Below the pieces are notes generated by a model. The model saw nothing but the letters and a program-made list of their open reading frames with translations, was not told the DNA's origin and did no database searches. A stretch of DNA of 63,246 nt, filler included, from Vannella sp. (Eukaryota): assembly GCA_023345925.1 (NCBI GenBank). It is 6 parts of 6 records of this genome, joined end to end, with 100 filler letters (N's around TTAATTAATTAA, not from the genome) between each part and the next. Parts side by side here need not be neighbours in the genome. Positions count along the whole stretch, not along the records: positions 24,539 to 31,519 come from JAJQQN010000644.1; positions 31,620 to 40,380 come from JAJQQN010000580.1; 4 more parts are not named here. The stretch is one strand, 5' to 3'. The position numbers were made by a program, and so were the translations under genes. Positions 24,802-36,033 of this stretch are shown here, one piece after another (position 1 is the first letter of the stretch; every line of letters starts with the position of its first letter).

Positions 24802-26712
24802 ATGGATCAGTTGCTGGAGTCAGCTTTCTTCAATGAGGATAACAGTCCTTTGGAGTGGTGAGTGGAGGGCAGGAAGGGGACTACTGGTTGCCTGGTTCCT
24901 CACTGGAGGACGTCCAGCCCTATTTGCTACGAGTTGAAGAGTGCGCAATCGTTCTTGGTGGATGACAACGGGACAATAGTGCTCTGCGGTATGCTTGGTT
25001 GGTACAGTGACAATGCAGCCGGCTCATACTTTGCAGGACATGGAGCTTGCCAAGACTGCGTGACGGATCTCCGAGAGAAAGCGGAAGGAAAGCCTTTCCC
25101 TTGCCCTTCGTGTGATAGACCTGTTGTAAGAGTTGATAGAAACCTCCAGTTGGAGAAGTTTGTCGAGTTTGTCGTGGAACAAAGGAAGAAGGAGAAGCAG
25201 GAGAACAACGGGAGCTCTTACTCTGAGGAAGAGCTGGTGCAAGCTCAGAAGGACTTACAAGAGGAACGAAAGAGAAACAGCGAGATGGAAGAGCGAATGC
25301 GCTTGCTGGAAGAGGAACGGGAGGGCGAACTAGAGAAGATGAGAGAGGACTCTCTTCGTATCACCCGCGAGCAACAGGAAGCTATTGAAGCCATTACAGC
25401 CAAGAAGGAAGAGCTCAGTATGGTTCTTAATCAAGAAGGAGCGGACCGCAAAGCAGAGAGTGAGGCGCTACAGAAGAGAATCCAAGAGATGGAGTCCGAC
25501 CTTCTCGCCTCTAACGAAGCGCGCACTGCTCTCCAGGCTCAATATGAGCAAGCAGAAGGGGAGTTTCAGCGTATCCAGACAGTGCGTCAAATCAACGCAT
25601 CTCCTCTGAGGGCATCGGGAGGAGAGTTGAGTGGGATTGGCTATTTAACAGATTACTTGGCCTCCTTCATCTGGCAGAAGCCTCCGTCAGCCCTCATCGA
25701 ACCACTTAGTCATTACACTTTCCAGGAACTGCGTGGGAAGAACCGGAGAACCTCCAGAGTGAGAGCGGCAATGTACCGCAATTTGAGAAAGGTGGCGGCC
25801 AAGTTGTTCACTTACAGCGTTGGGGACGTTTTCCCTGGATCCCTACTTAACACAACGCTGGAAATGTTCCAGTTGACACCGGAGCAGCGCGCAGAGAATG
25901 CGGTGAAGGTTTCTGAAGTGCGCAGAAAAGCGATAATAGCCTTAATGCGAGAGCCAATGATCCTTTACCAGATGAAAAACTGCGCTCAAATCAACTATCT
26001 ACATAAGGTTGTCCAGCCAACGAAGAGGGGAACCTTCTACATCGAATTACCGTACGTTGAAAGTGACTTGGAGTATGTTATTGAGGAGAAGAACTCCTCA
26101 GTGAAGCAGCCACTGGACCAATTGATTGGATACAATGAGAGGGAACTCATATATCAAGTCCTCTTGGCTGCTGAACATATGCACTCTGCCGGAGTTGTGC
26201 ACAGAGATTTGCACCCGTCCATCATTCTCCTTGCTCGCAACGGCATTCAAGTAGCTGGATTCAGTCAAGCAATTGCAGTCGAAACTTTGCGCACTTGCGA
26301 ACGCAACGAGGACCAGTACCTACCAAGCGACCGCCGCTTTACTGCTCCCGAGCTTTTAACGGGGTCGCACACCATTATTCCCTCTTCCTCTTGGTATAGT
26401 ATAGATATGTGGGCCATTGGATGCATCATGGCCTACATATACGGCAGGGAATCTCTCTTCTCTTACAACAGACCTGCACCAGAACTTGAAACTCTCCCCG
26501 ACCTCTCCCAGCTTCAGATAGATGCCAATGGACAAGACCTCCTCCGCCTCCTTCTCTCCAATGACCCTAAAGCACGCCCAACAGCCAAAGAAGCCATCTC
26601 TCAGCCCTATTTCGATTCAGTCCGGAACTCTTCCATCCGGCCAGAACGCGCCAATCCGGCCAGCTGCACGGACGCCGCTATTCCGGCATTCTTCGACTCG
26701 CTGAATCTATAA
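24802..26712 (+). CDS. RING finger / coiled-coil / MAPK-CDK-like pseudokinase; introns 24858-24917 and 24989-25036
   Basis: Spliced N-terminus CPIC...CGHGACQDC...CPSC (C3HC4); E/R/Q-rich coil; kinase fold VAAK, HRDLHPS, AGFS, APE, DMWAIGC, RPTA. Confidence 0.85.
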
Positions 26713-26760
26713 ACCAAGCTTTTGCTTCAATTTGGGCCATTTTCAAGCGTCCTCTTGCGG

Positions 26761-27334
26761 ATGTCTGTCCTCGGTCGGCTGCCACTTCGTGTGGGGTGGG
26801 CGGGTGTCCGCTGCTGTTCTACTGCTGCGCGTACCGCAAACTCTCCTCTTAAAACGGATACGCTCCCCTTTGAGAAGAACAGCATGGACTTGACGAAGGC
26901 GCCGATGTTGCTGAGCACTCGTTAGTTCGTTGTTTGTCTTGATGTGGATGCTCAAAGGGTGGGTTGAAGGCGACATTGTACAAGGAAGGGCGATTGAAAC
27001 AGAGCTGGGGATCGTAGCGGGATCCTCTGTGAAGAGCCGTGGACTTCTCTTCGACTTGTGGGCGCGAGTTCGTGGCCTGTTGGGCGGCGAAGTGCGCTCC
27101 TATGGTGAACTCCTCGCCTCTTCTTCTTCTGAAGCAACACGTCGAATGATGCGCGAGGCCGAGCATGTGGGAGCTGACGGAGTTGTTCGTGTGCGATATC
27201 AGCTTACTGCCACTGCTGACCCAGCCTCAGGCGCGTACTGCTATGTCATGTGCTTTGTGAGCTTCTCAACCATTCTACCATCCTTCTAACACAGCCAACA
27301 GGGTACAGCAGTCAAGTTCGCGAAGAAACAGTAG
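26761..27334 (+). CDS. YbjQ/UPF0145 family protein with mitochondrial-type presequence, 3 exons
   Basis: LGIVAGSSVKSR...GLLGGEVRSYGELL...MMREAEHVGADGVVRVRY...GTAVK; Arg-rich, acid-free N-terminus. Confidence 0.85.
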
Positions 27335-27403
27335 TCTGCCGTGGAGGAACTCGTTTATGTGGGATAAAGCGATGAGAGAGGGAGCTCTTGGTGCGCTCTG
27401 CGC

Positions 27404-28678
27404 TTACTTCTTTCGGATAGTCTTGTAACCCAGCCCTTCCATGTCCTTGAGGTGCTCTGTCTCGGAGGCAAAGCCGATGGCGGCCTTGCTTTTGTAGTCG
27501 CGCTCGCGCTTCTCCTCTCGAATGCCTCCGCCATACTTAGGCTTCTTCGAGTCATACTTGGACGGTCCTTTGGCGGGCAAGTTGCTGGGATCCAAGAACC
27601 AATCGCCTCCAGGCCCGTCGTTGCTTCCTTCTTCAGCCCCGCGGTTGCCGCTCGACCCTGTGCTGGGGTTGGCACTGCCTCCTCCGTTACCTCCTACGCC
27701 ACTTCCACTAGCACCAGAGCCCCCGTTACCTCCAGAGCTAGAAGGGCCTCCAGAACCACCAGAGCCAGACAAGCCTCCATTGCCTCCAGTGCCAGCGGAG
27801 CTTCCAGACGAGCCCCCGTTGCCTCCAGAGCCTGAACTACCAGAGCCAGATGGTCTTCCATTGCCTCCAGAGCTTCCGCTGTCTCCGAGTCCACGGCTTC
27901 CACTTAAACCAAGGCCTCCAGAGCTGGAGGCAGAGCCAGAACCAGAGCCTCCTGCTCCCGAGAGAGCGCCTCCTGGTCCAACGCCAACACCCTTGGTCGA
28001 TACTAAGCCTCCAGATGCACTGGAGCTTCCAGCACCGCCAGAGCTCCCAGAGCTCCCAGAGCCCCCAGAGTTTCCTGCGTTGGAAGCGGCTCCTCCAGTT
28101 GCTTTGATGTGCGCTGTGGACTTGAGGTAAGACTGATTGTCCACGCAATGGTCACAGTAAGGGTTGCCTTTGATGTTGACAAACTCGTCATCAGGGAAGG
28201 GACCAAAGCAGGAGTGGCAAACAAAGCAGTCATCGTGGTACTTGTTCCCCAATGCCTTGATGATTCCTCCACTCAACGGCAAGAAGCACTTAGAACAGAG
28301 GTCTTCTGGGTTCTCAGAGCCTCTCAAGCCCAAGCATTCATCACACAGCAACTAGGAAGAGGGTGAGAGCGAGGACGCGAAGGGAGACACTCCAACCTCG
28401 CCATTCTCGTAGAAGAACTTTCCAGTCAACTCCACAAGGCAATCCACACAACGGAAGCAGTCAGGATGGAAGGTCTTGTCGTCCAGAGTAACATATTTCG
28501 TCTCCGTAATGAGAAAACTGCACTTGGCGCAGCGCTCCTTGTTACGGCAGGACTGGCACACGTTCTTACCATCAATGGTGTAGTACGTATCCAACACCAA
28601 AGGCGTAGCACACCATTCACACACAAACTCCTCTGGAGTGTACGTTTTGCCTCCCGCTTGGATCGTTCTTCCGGACAT
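27404..28678 (-). CDS. LIM-domain protein (about 3 LIMs) with long Gly/Ser linker, 2 exons
   Basis: CAKC...FHPDCFRCVDC...LCDEC and CSKC...YHDDCFVCHSC...YCDHC, then a GGSGSS-rich tract. Confidence 0.9.
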
Positions 28679-28777
28679 GGGCACGTTAAAATGATTCTTA
28701 TTCTCGTAGACCCCGCTACATGACTCTTTTTTGAATCAAAGGCGCCGTTCCACTAGAAAGAAAAGGGGGTGAAATGG

Positions 28778-28802
28778 AACCCTAAACCCTAAACCCTAAA
28801 CC
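28778..28802 (+). repeat. (CCCTAAA)3+ plant-type telomeric repeat / telo-box
   Basis: AACCCTAAACCCTAAACCCTAAACC in intergenic DNA. Confidence 0.8.
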
Positions 28803-28825
28803 AACATGTGTGAAAGTGAATTTTC

Positions 28826-30552
28826 TCAAGTTGGGCGACTAGTGCACTTTTCAATGGCTTGGTAGATGAGATTGGCCTCGGAGGAGAAGAAGGCTAGGCT
28901 TAGGGGTGGGTTTCTGACTTCAATGAGGAGGAGATCGACGTTGCCCTGTTGTAAGTAGACTTGAGACATGGATTGGTAACGGTACGTATGTGTGATTGTC
29001 TGCAATCAATAGAGTCAGAAGTGATAAGTCTCCTGAGAGAGAGGACTTGCCCCCGTGTAAGGTGTCAGAAGCTCGATTGTATGAGGACCAACCGCCAGAA
29101 CCACATTAAAGGGCCATCTGGAGTAGTGATCCATTCCCCGAACCTGTTTACAGTAGAAGGACTCCCTCACTTCTTGCAAATCGTTCTCTCCAAATAGTTG
29201 CAATGGAGAAGGTCGAGATACTGTGCCATAGTCAGTTTCCTTGGGAATGCGTGCCTCTTCAATACCTTTCAAATGATCCGGTAAAAGATAGCGGTGGAAA
29301 AATATAGAAACATAGTTGAACGTTGCACCGGGACGCTGAGAGTTGTGGTCGCCCTTGACAAGAAAGATCTCTTTGCGAGGGTCCGCATATTGCTCAAAAA
29401 TGGATAGAGCGTGCTTTGGAGACACGAACGTATCCTGTTCTCCGTGTATGAAGAATGCAGGTACTTGACATAGAGGGGCCTTAGAGATAGGGCTGACGGC
29501 GCTTCAATGGAAGGTGAGTGGATGAATTCTGGTTTCTGTGAGAAACGCACTAAATGTCAAAGTTGGCTCTCTGCTGGACTGAGCGGCGAACCATTCGCAT
29601 TCCGACAGGGAAGAGAGTGGAAATAAGCCAGTCTGGGACGCCAATCTTGCAAAGAGAGGAGTGAGAGTGAGAAAACCCGCACAAAACGACTTACTTTCAT
29701 CGAAGCTACTACTTCACTCGCAATGGTATACAGATCAGTGAATGGGCTATCTAAGATGAGAGTAGATACATCCCCACTATTGCGGCTGGCGTAGAGTATC
29801 GAGGTTGCAGCTCCCATGCTTCGACCCCAAAGTGCTACAAAAGAGTCAGAAACCCACTCTCTAGAGGACCAGAGCACACATGCATATTGTAGATACAAAT
29901 GGTACGGTCTTGAGGTAATCAGAGATGGTCTTGACGTCCTCCTGCTCAAAATAGCCCAAAGAAATCACTTCGCCCTCGGAGAGACCCGACCCTGACAGGT
30001 CCACACAGAACACGGAGAAGCCGTAGAGAAGACAGAGATCAAGAATGTCAATGGAATCCAGCCTGCAACCACAGTTTCCGTGGAGATAGACCACACAAGG
30101 AGCAGCATCTTCGGCAAAACTGCCTTCAGCATTGGGAGCGTCCGCGGAGTCATCCACGACCGGACAAGACAATCGGAGCAGTTTAACGAGGTCTTCTTTC
30201 TCTACGCACTGTCTGGTATCCAAGCCCCGCTGTGAGCAGAGGACGATCAACTGCTTGAGGGAAGACGAGGCAAGTTCGCTCTCTCTTAGTGGGTGAGAGC
30301 AGCTTTGTCCCTTATTCTTCTCATTGTAGAAGTGAGAGCACTGTAGCTTGAGTCCTCTCTCGTTCAGCAGCTACAAGGGCATCAATATCTGGCGCCCCAA
30401 CTCCTCCCACCAACCTGAATATCTTCCCTGACGAAGTACTCGCTCCCAACCCTGAACCTGGGGGGTCCCAGCATCTCTATTGCATAGTTTGTCCTTGGTG
30501 GACGCACAAACATGTCCGAGGCGCCCGCATACAACGCCGAGATCGTCTCCAT
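28826..30552 (-). CDS. Alpha/beta hydrolase (YqkD-like), multi-exon
   Basis: FVRPPRTNY, YLHGNCGCR, GSGLSEG, nucleophile WGRSMGA, LDSPF, HGEQDTFV, GDHNSQR. 3' boundary approximate. Confidence 0.85.
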
Positions 30553-30708
30553 CCACTCCTCTTCCCCCCACGGCGATTAGAAATGAGTTGGAACGAGCAG
30601 ATAGGTCGAACAAGACTGCAGCGTCGTTGTACTCTCCCTGTGTTCTGTCCTTTCCCGCTATTTTGCACCCACAACGAAGTGTATTGGAGAGGGAGTCAGG
30701 GAGCCTTC

Positions 30709-31485
30709 TTACTCGCAGTGGCGGATGAGCTGGTCCACGAGAATGAAGAATTCTTCATTGCTGATGGTCCCATCACCGTCTGTGTCGATCTTGTTGAACT
30801 CGAGGCCAACGGAGGTCTTCTTGAACTTGGAGGGGATCATGTTCACAAACATGTTGAACTCTGCTCGTGACATTCCCTCCTTTTGGTCAAGGAACTGGCA
30901 CTGGGCTTGGAGCTGCATCAGAAGAATCTTCTCTTGAGATCGAGTCGCCTCTTTGGTTTGGTCCAGCAAGGCTGACTGCTTCTTCACGCACTGCTTCTGC
31001 TCGTCGAGAGTGTCATTCAAACTCTTGATGACCTTGCCGAGGTCTGCTTGGTTCTCTTTCGCGTAGGTCTCAAGGGTGAGGCGGACAGTCTCCAGACCTT
31101 GCAGAGTGTTCTTCATTTCTCCCAGCTCGTGCTCAAAGCGATCATTCTCAGCAGAGAGGTCATCAGAGATGTTCTTAAGCTTGTTGTTCTGCTCCTTGAA
31201 GGTATCCACGCTGTCCTTCAAGCGCTTGTTCTCGGCATCAAACTGCTCCAGACGATCGGAAAGGCTTCCCAGCAAGTGAATTTGGTACCAAGCAAAGAGT
31301 GGACACAGTGCAGAGAGAAGCCCGATGTAGAGCAGCGACATACCGACAAATCCAATGCAAAAGTTAATCACCATGTAAACGCCAACCACCGCAAACACCA
31401 CTTCCGACCACGAGGCAAAGCCAAGCGTCTTACGAAGCTGAACAAGCTTCACCACAGTCTGAACAGAGGGCTGAGGAACTCCCAT
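30709..31485 (-). CDS. Membrane-anchored coiled-coil protein with C-terminal EF-hand
   Basis: Two N-terminal hydrophobic helices, heptad coil, canonical loop DTDGDGTISNEE. Confidence 0.85.
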   Translation of the reverse strand: MGVPQPSVQTVVKLVQLRKTLGFASWSEVVFAVVGVYMVINFCIGFVGMSLLYIGLLSALCPLFAWYQIHLLGSLSDRLEQFDAENKRLKDSVDTFKEQNNKLKNISDDLSAENDRFEHELGEMKNTLQGLETVRLTLETYAKENQADLGKVIKSLNDTLDEQKQCVKKQSALLDQTKEATRSQEKILLMQLQAQCQFLDQKEGMSRAEFNMFVNMIPSKFKKTSVGLEFNKIDTDGDGTISNEEFFILVDQLIRHCE

Positions 31486-31519
31486 GGCAGCAACAAAGGC
31501 TCCGCAACCAAATGAAGAC

Positions 31520-31619
31520 NNNNNNNNNNNNNNNNNNNNNNNNNNNNNNNNNNNNNNNNNNNNTTAATTAATTAANNNNNNNNNNNNNNNNNNNNNNNNN
31601 NNNNNNNNNNNNNNNNNNN
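31520..31619. other. Artificial contig spacer
   Basis: N run with TTAATTAATTAA. Confidence 0.99.
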
Positions 31620-31621
31620 AG

Positions 31622-32023
31622 ATGGACCCTTCCACAACACTGTCGCGCTCTATCTTCGAACAGGGGAAAGTTCATCTCTTTCTACATCCAATACGAGTTC
31701 AAGATCTTCCCTCGGAGAACGACTGGAGATGGAACCAGACAAGAAAGAAGAAGGAACAGGAGAACTCAGGCGAGCTGTTGGTCATCTACAAGCTCATCCC
31801 CCGAAAGAGCAAGAGCTCTGCATCGCCAGCTCCGCCGTACAAACTCTGGCTTGTCACGATCAAGAAAGGAGCAAGCTTTTCCACAATACTCTTCTGTGAA
31901 CGGGGCTCCTGTGCAGCTCCCACATCTCCCTCCCCTCTCTATGGCAGTGACAGAGCCCTAGAGAGTATACAGTATCCATCAAGCTCCCCATACAAGATGG
32001 CAGTCAGTTTCCTGTGCTCCTGA
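31622..32023 (+). CDS. Hypothetical protein, probably 5'-partial
   Basis: Open frame from the contig edge; basic WRWNQTRKKK and YKLIPRK motifs. Confidence 0.5.
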   Translation: MDPSTTLSRSIFEQGKVHLFLHPIRVQDLPSENDWRWNQTRKKKEQENSGELLVIYKLIPRKSKSSASPAPPYKLWLVTIKKGASFSTILFCERGSCAAPTSPSPLYGSDRALESIQYPSSSPYKMAVSFLCS

Positions 32024-32091
32024 AGACCAGATAAAGAAAAAGGTATCCACTAGCCACCTTCACATCAGTCCAAGTCTTCAGTAAATCTTGG

Positions 32092-34600
32092 TTATTCCAA
32101 AGAATTGATTCGATGTAGGAATTGAGCGGCCTTGAAAGAGGAGGCAACCAAGACGACCAATTCAATGAGTCCTGCCACGAGGCTGAGTGGGCCGATCCAA
32201 GGACTCTCTATTAGGAACACTTTCATGCTGGGTTCCTCCCAACTATCAGGGGGTTAGAAGGCGGTGGAGCTCAAGGGTCACGTACTAAGGCTCCACCCAT
32301 TGGGGGTACATGGAAGACTCATTAACAAGCTTCATCTTGTTCTCCACGAGAGAGTCGTACTCAAAAGCAGGAGATAAAGCTTCATGGGCGTGAACGTTCG
32401 CTCCTTTCATACACATTCCGCCCAGACACACGTCAAATCCATTGTTTCTGCATTCATCCGTATTCCGGCACTTAAAGTCGGCGTCTTTGGTCCGAGCAGT
32501 GACACTGGAGATGTAATCGATGGCAAATTGGGTCTGGTAATGGAATCTTCCAAACTCGTACACACCCACGTAGTTTGTAGGCCGTGGAAGAGTCCCTCCT
32601 GCCCATTATGTCAACAAAGGCAGGTCCCAATGTTCCAGTCACAAAAGCTTACCAACTCGCAGGTCAGGGTTAAGGCGGCGCACAAGCTCACACTCATAAG
32701 AAAGAGTAAAGCAATTGAAAATCTCAATGATCTATGCGGGAGGGGTCAGTCCCGTTCCAATGGATTGGAGTCTAACTTGCCTCGGTACAATTGACTTCAA
32801 TGTTATTCACAGAGAAGCCATGAGCATCTGTATCAGATCCCACGCCCATCATAAAGATAGAGCGGGCAGCAGCCAAGCTCACTTGGCAAAGAGAGGTAAA
32901 ATTGACGTTCGTAAGATCGTCAAAGCGACTGTGATAGAACGGATTGTTGTACTGTGTACGGTGGTCACTTAATACCACTCCTGGAATCGATCTTTCCACC
33001 CGAAGGAAAGACATTAAAGATGAAGGGGGCAGCTCCTGACCCTCAGGAGCATCCTCAATCCTGACCGGTATCTGGCAAATGCGTTAGTCCTATCACTTGA
33101 TTAGTGAGCACCATACTCCTTGCGTAGCAGCTCGCAATGCCTCTTTAATCTCGGAAGTATCGCCAGCCAAACTATCCGTATGAGTGTATAAAACAGTTTC
33201 TGAACCCTCTTAATGACTTGATTTGAGACTCCTCCATCCTCGAGTGCGTACGTACCATCATTGGGAAAGAATCCAACTTGATTGAGCTCCAGATAAGCGT
33301 CAATCATGTCAAGGTGAAGCCGGTCGAAGGTTGTATCCAGCCGGTACGGGTATCTGCAGTAAGTCCCTCGGGGATCGGTGCAAGTGAAGTTAGAGATGTC
33401 CTTGACAAAGGAATGAGAACCGATAAAGCCGAAAGCTTCTCCAGTGAAGAGAACGAAGAGGGGCTGCTTCACCCAAGAGTCCGCATTCACTTTCCCCAAC
33501 GCCTCAATGGCTCCTAGAAGAGCCACAGTTCCGGAGATGTCTGCGTCACTTCCTATCGCCTGATCATGAAAGAAGGCGCTGCTATCGATACCAGCAGTGG
33601 CAAGGATCAAGCGATCAGAAGAGGAGCTCTCAATCTCATTCAGAGTTGCCCAAACATTGCGCCCTCCCAGAGGCTGGCAGTTCTGGCGGCGCAAGCACGT
33701 TGCTACGTCTTTGTCCCTTCGCGAATACATGTCTGCTGTCAGCTGAATGGCCCACTTGGGGTAACGAGAGCTGTCACGGTTCTCGTAAGCCTTCTGTAGC
33801 AAGGATTAGAAAGGATTGCCCTCCACTGATCCTTCCAGCTTACAGGAAGTAGCTTCTGAGAGGTGGCCTCATCTACGGAGAAGATCTGAAGCTTCTGTTG
33901 CTCATAGCTCCAACCATTACCCTTCCACACGTCAGCCACGGGCCCAACAAGTGTCTGAAAAGGCTCACAGTCGGGTTCCAGATCATGTTAGAGTTGGGAT
34001 AGAGTCCATTCACTCGATTGGGGTACTTCATTGCAGGTGAGAAGGTCTCTTCGCGTTCATGTGAGCGCGTGTTCTTGCTAGAGAGAAGCTGCAGAGACAC
34101 TCACTTGCTGGTGGTGGCCCTGGCAGTACCACGATCCCCTCCACGTTCATGCGGGCTAGCTGCGCAACAATATCGCTGTGGCTATTTGTTAGAAGGTCTC
34201 AGAATGAGAAGGGACGTACCGAGTGAACAGGGAAGAGTGAAGAAGGATCACTAATGAGCCGGAGAGATTATCTGCTTCTCGTAAGAAGTCCTGGTGCTGT
34301 GTTGAGTTCTCAATAGGATACATCCAACCCGTAACACCATCCGCTCCCGCTACATCATCAGCATAAGCGAAAGAAGGCCATCAGCCCTCAAACTCACTCC
34401 CGCAACCAATCGTGCCGTCCCTCCCCATCAACTGGACGCACGGATCGCCATAGACATACTCGTACATCTGCTTGGACAAGTAGTGAGGCCCCACTGTCTT
34501 TGCCTGGCCCACTTCCCCCTCATGTAAGCTCCCAAACAAGCCATCCGCTTCCCTCACCCCCAAACAGCACCACCAACACCACCAACCAGGCAGGTCTCAT
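32092..34600 (-). CDS. NCSTN: Nicastrin (gamma-secretase subunit), multi-exon
   Basis: Signal peptide; PCVQLMGRDGTIGC, CQPLGGRNVW, IDSSAFFHD, LFTGEAFGFIGS, PPSSLMSFL, NPFYHSRFDD, ALSPAF, WVEP-W; single C-terminal TM. Confidence 0.9.
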
Positions 34601-34687
34601 TCAAATGGTATTAAATTGGGGAAGATGTTTATTGTGCCACTTTTTGTCGGTTCGGCTGCGATGCAAGTTGGCGATGGCGCGTCCTCG

Positions 34688-35894
34688 ATGTCGACGCCGA
34701 CGAGGAAGTTGATCGAGAGGAAAGTTCGGGTGTTTTATGAGAACGAGAGGCGCGAGCTATCAAGTCCGGACAAGCGGGGGGAGGAAGGTTCAGAGGATGT
34801 CGTCATCCGAGATATGGCCCTGAAAGACGTGGCCAACTGCTACAAGATGGGAGAGACCCTGTTCAACTTCAATTCATCCCTGAGTCGAACCTTTGACCGG
34901 TTCGTGGTGATTGAAGGCTACTCCAGTGATGGAGACTTTTGTTTGGTGGCGGAAGTGGAAGGAAAGCTTGTTGGCTTTACTCTTGGCAACACCATCACCA
35001 AAGACGTTGTAATGGGCTATGTTAGCTGGGTTGCAGTCCTCCCCGAGTACCAGGTTGGTTCCTTCCCTTACTCCTCGCCCAAATACTCATCTCTGCACGC
35101 AGCGGAAGGGGATTGGCTCCAAGCTTGTATCAAAGGTAGAGAACCGAATGCGGAAGCAAGGTATCACAGAGGTGTTGGTGGACACGCCCCTCTCCAACAC
35201 GGCTGCGATAGGGTTCCTCGCCAAGTTGGGCTTTGGATCACCCGAGAACCAACTGTACATGAGCCGATCATTAAGTGAGCCCCTCACTGGCACTCTTCCA
35301 ATGACTGTACCGTCCAACTTCGGTCAAGTGGACGATCAAAGCGTGCCCTTAGTTGTGGCTTCTATTCCCACTGCAGAGCCTTGCGATAGTTCAGAAGGTA
35401 CCAAGAAGGTGGAGATCCGCCTTATGCAGATCATGGACATCTGGCCAGCCTTCCAAATCGGTGAAGCAGTCTTCACTAAGAAGGCTCTGAATCTTTACCG
35501 CTTCTGGGATGAAGGGCAAGTTACTGCTGCTTACGAGTCCGATGGAGATCTCTCTTTGGTTGCTGAAGTAGACGGTGAAGTCGTTGGATTTGCCTTAGGC
35601 TCTACACTGGAACGCGTGGAGATCAAAGTCGGCTATCTCATCTGGCTTGCAGTCGCCCCCAAAGCCCATGGACTGGGTCTTGGCAAGCTACTTTATCGAG
35701 CCTACGAAGAACTGATCAAGAAGCAGTTCCCCGAAATCAACACGATAATCATCGACACGCAAGCTACCAACTCTGGTGCTATCACCTTCTTCTCCCGATT
35801 AGGCTTTCAGTTAACTGACACCTTTGTGTATGTTTGCAAACACCTTGCACCTCCCGATGAGCAAGAAGAAGAAGAAGAAGAAACAAGTGATTGA
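34688..35894 (+). CDS. Tandem (double) GNAT acetyltransferase, 2 exons
   Basis: Two alignable units (CLVAEVEGKLVGFTLG...QRKGIG; SLVAEVDGEVVGFALG...HGLGLG); intron ~35053-35102. Start could be 34626 or 34661. Confidence 0.88.
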
Positions 35895-36033
35895 GGGAGT
35901 CATCACATGGTGGATCTGTTGTGCAAGGGCCCCTTCACTCGATTAAACCTGTGTAGATAGATAGTCGAGTTGTAGTAGAAGGGTGTCAAGAAGAAGGAGG
36001 GCTGATTAAGCCTTGTTGGGGGACTTGAATGGT

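Noticed and set aside
27522..28130. Proline-rich extensin-like ORF on +
   Set aside because: Antisense shadow of the Gly/Ser linker of the LIM gene.
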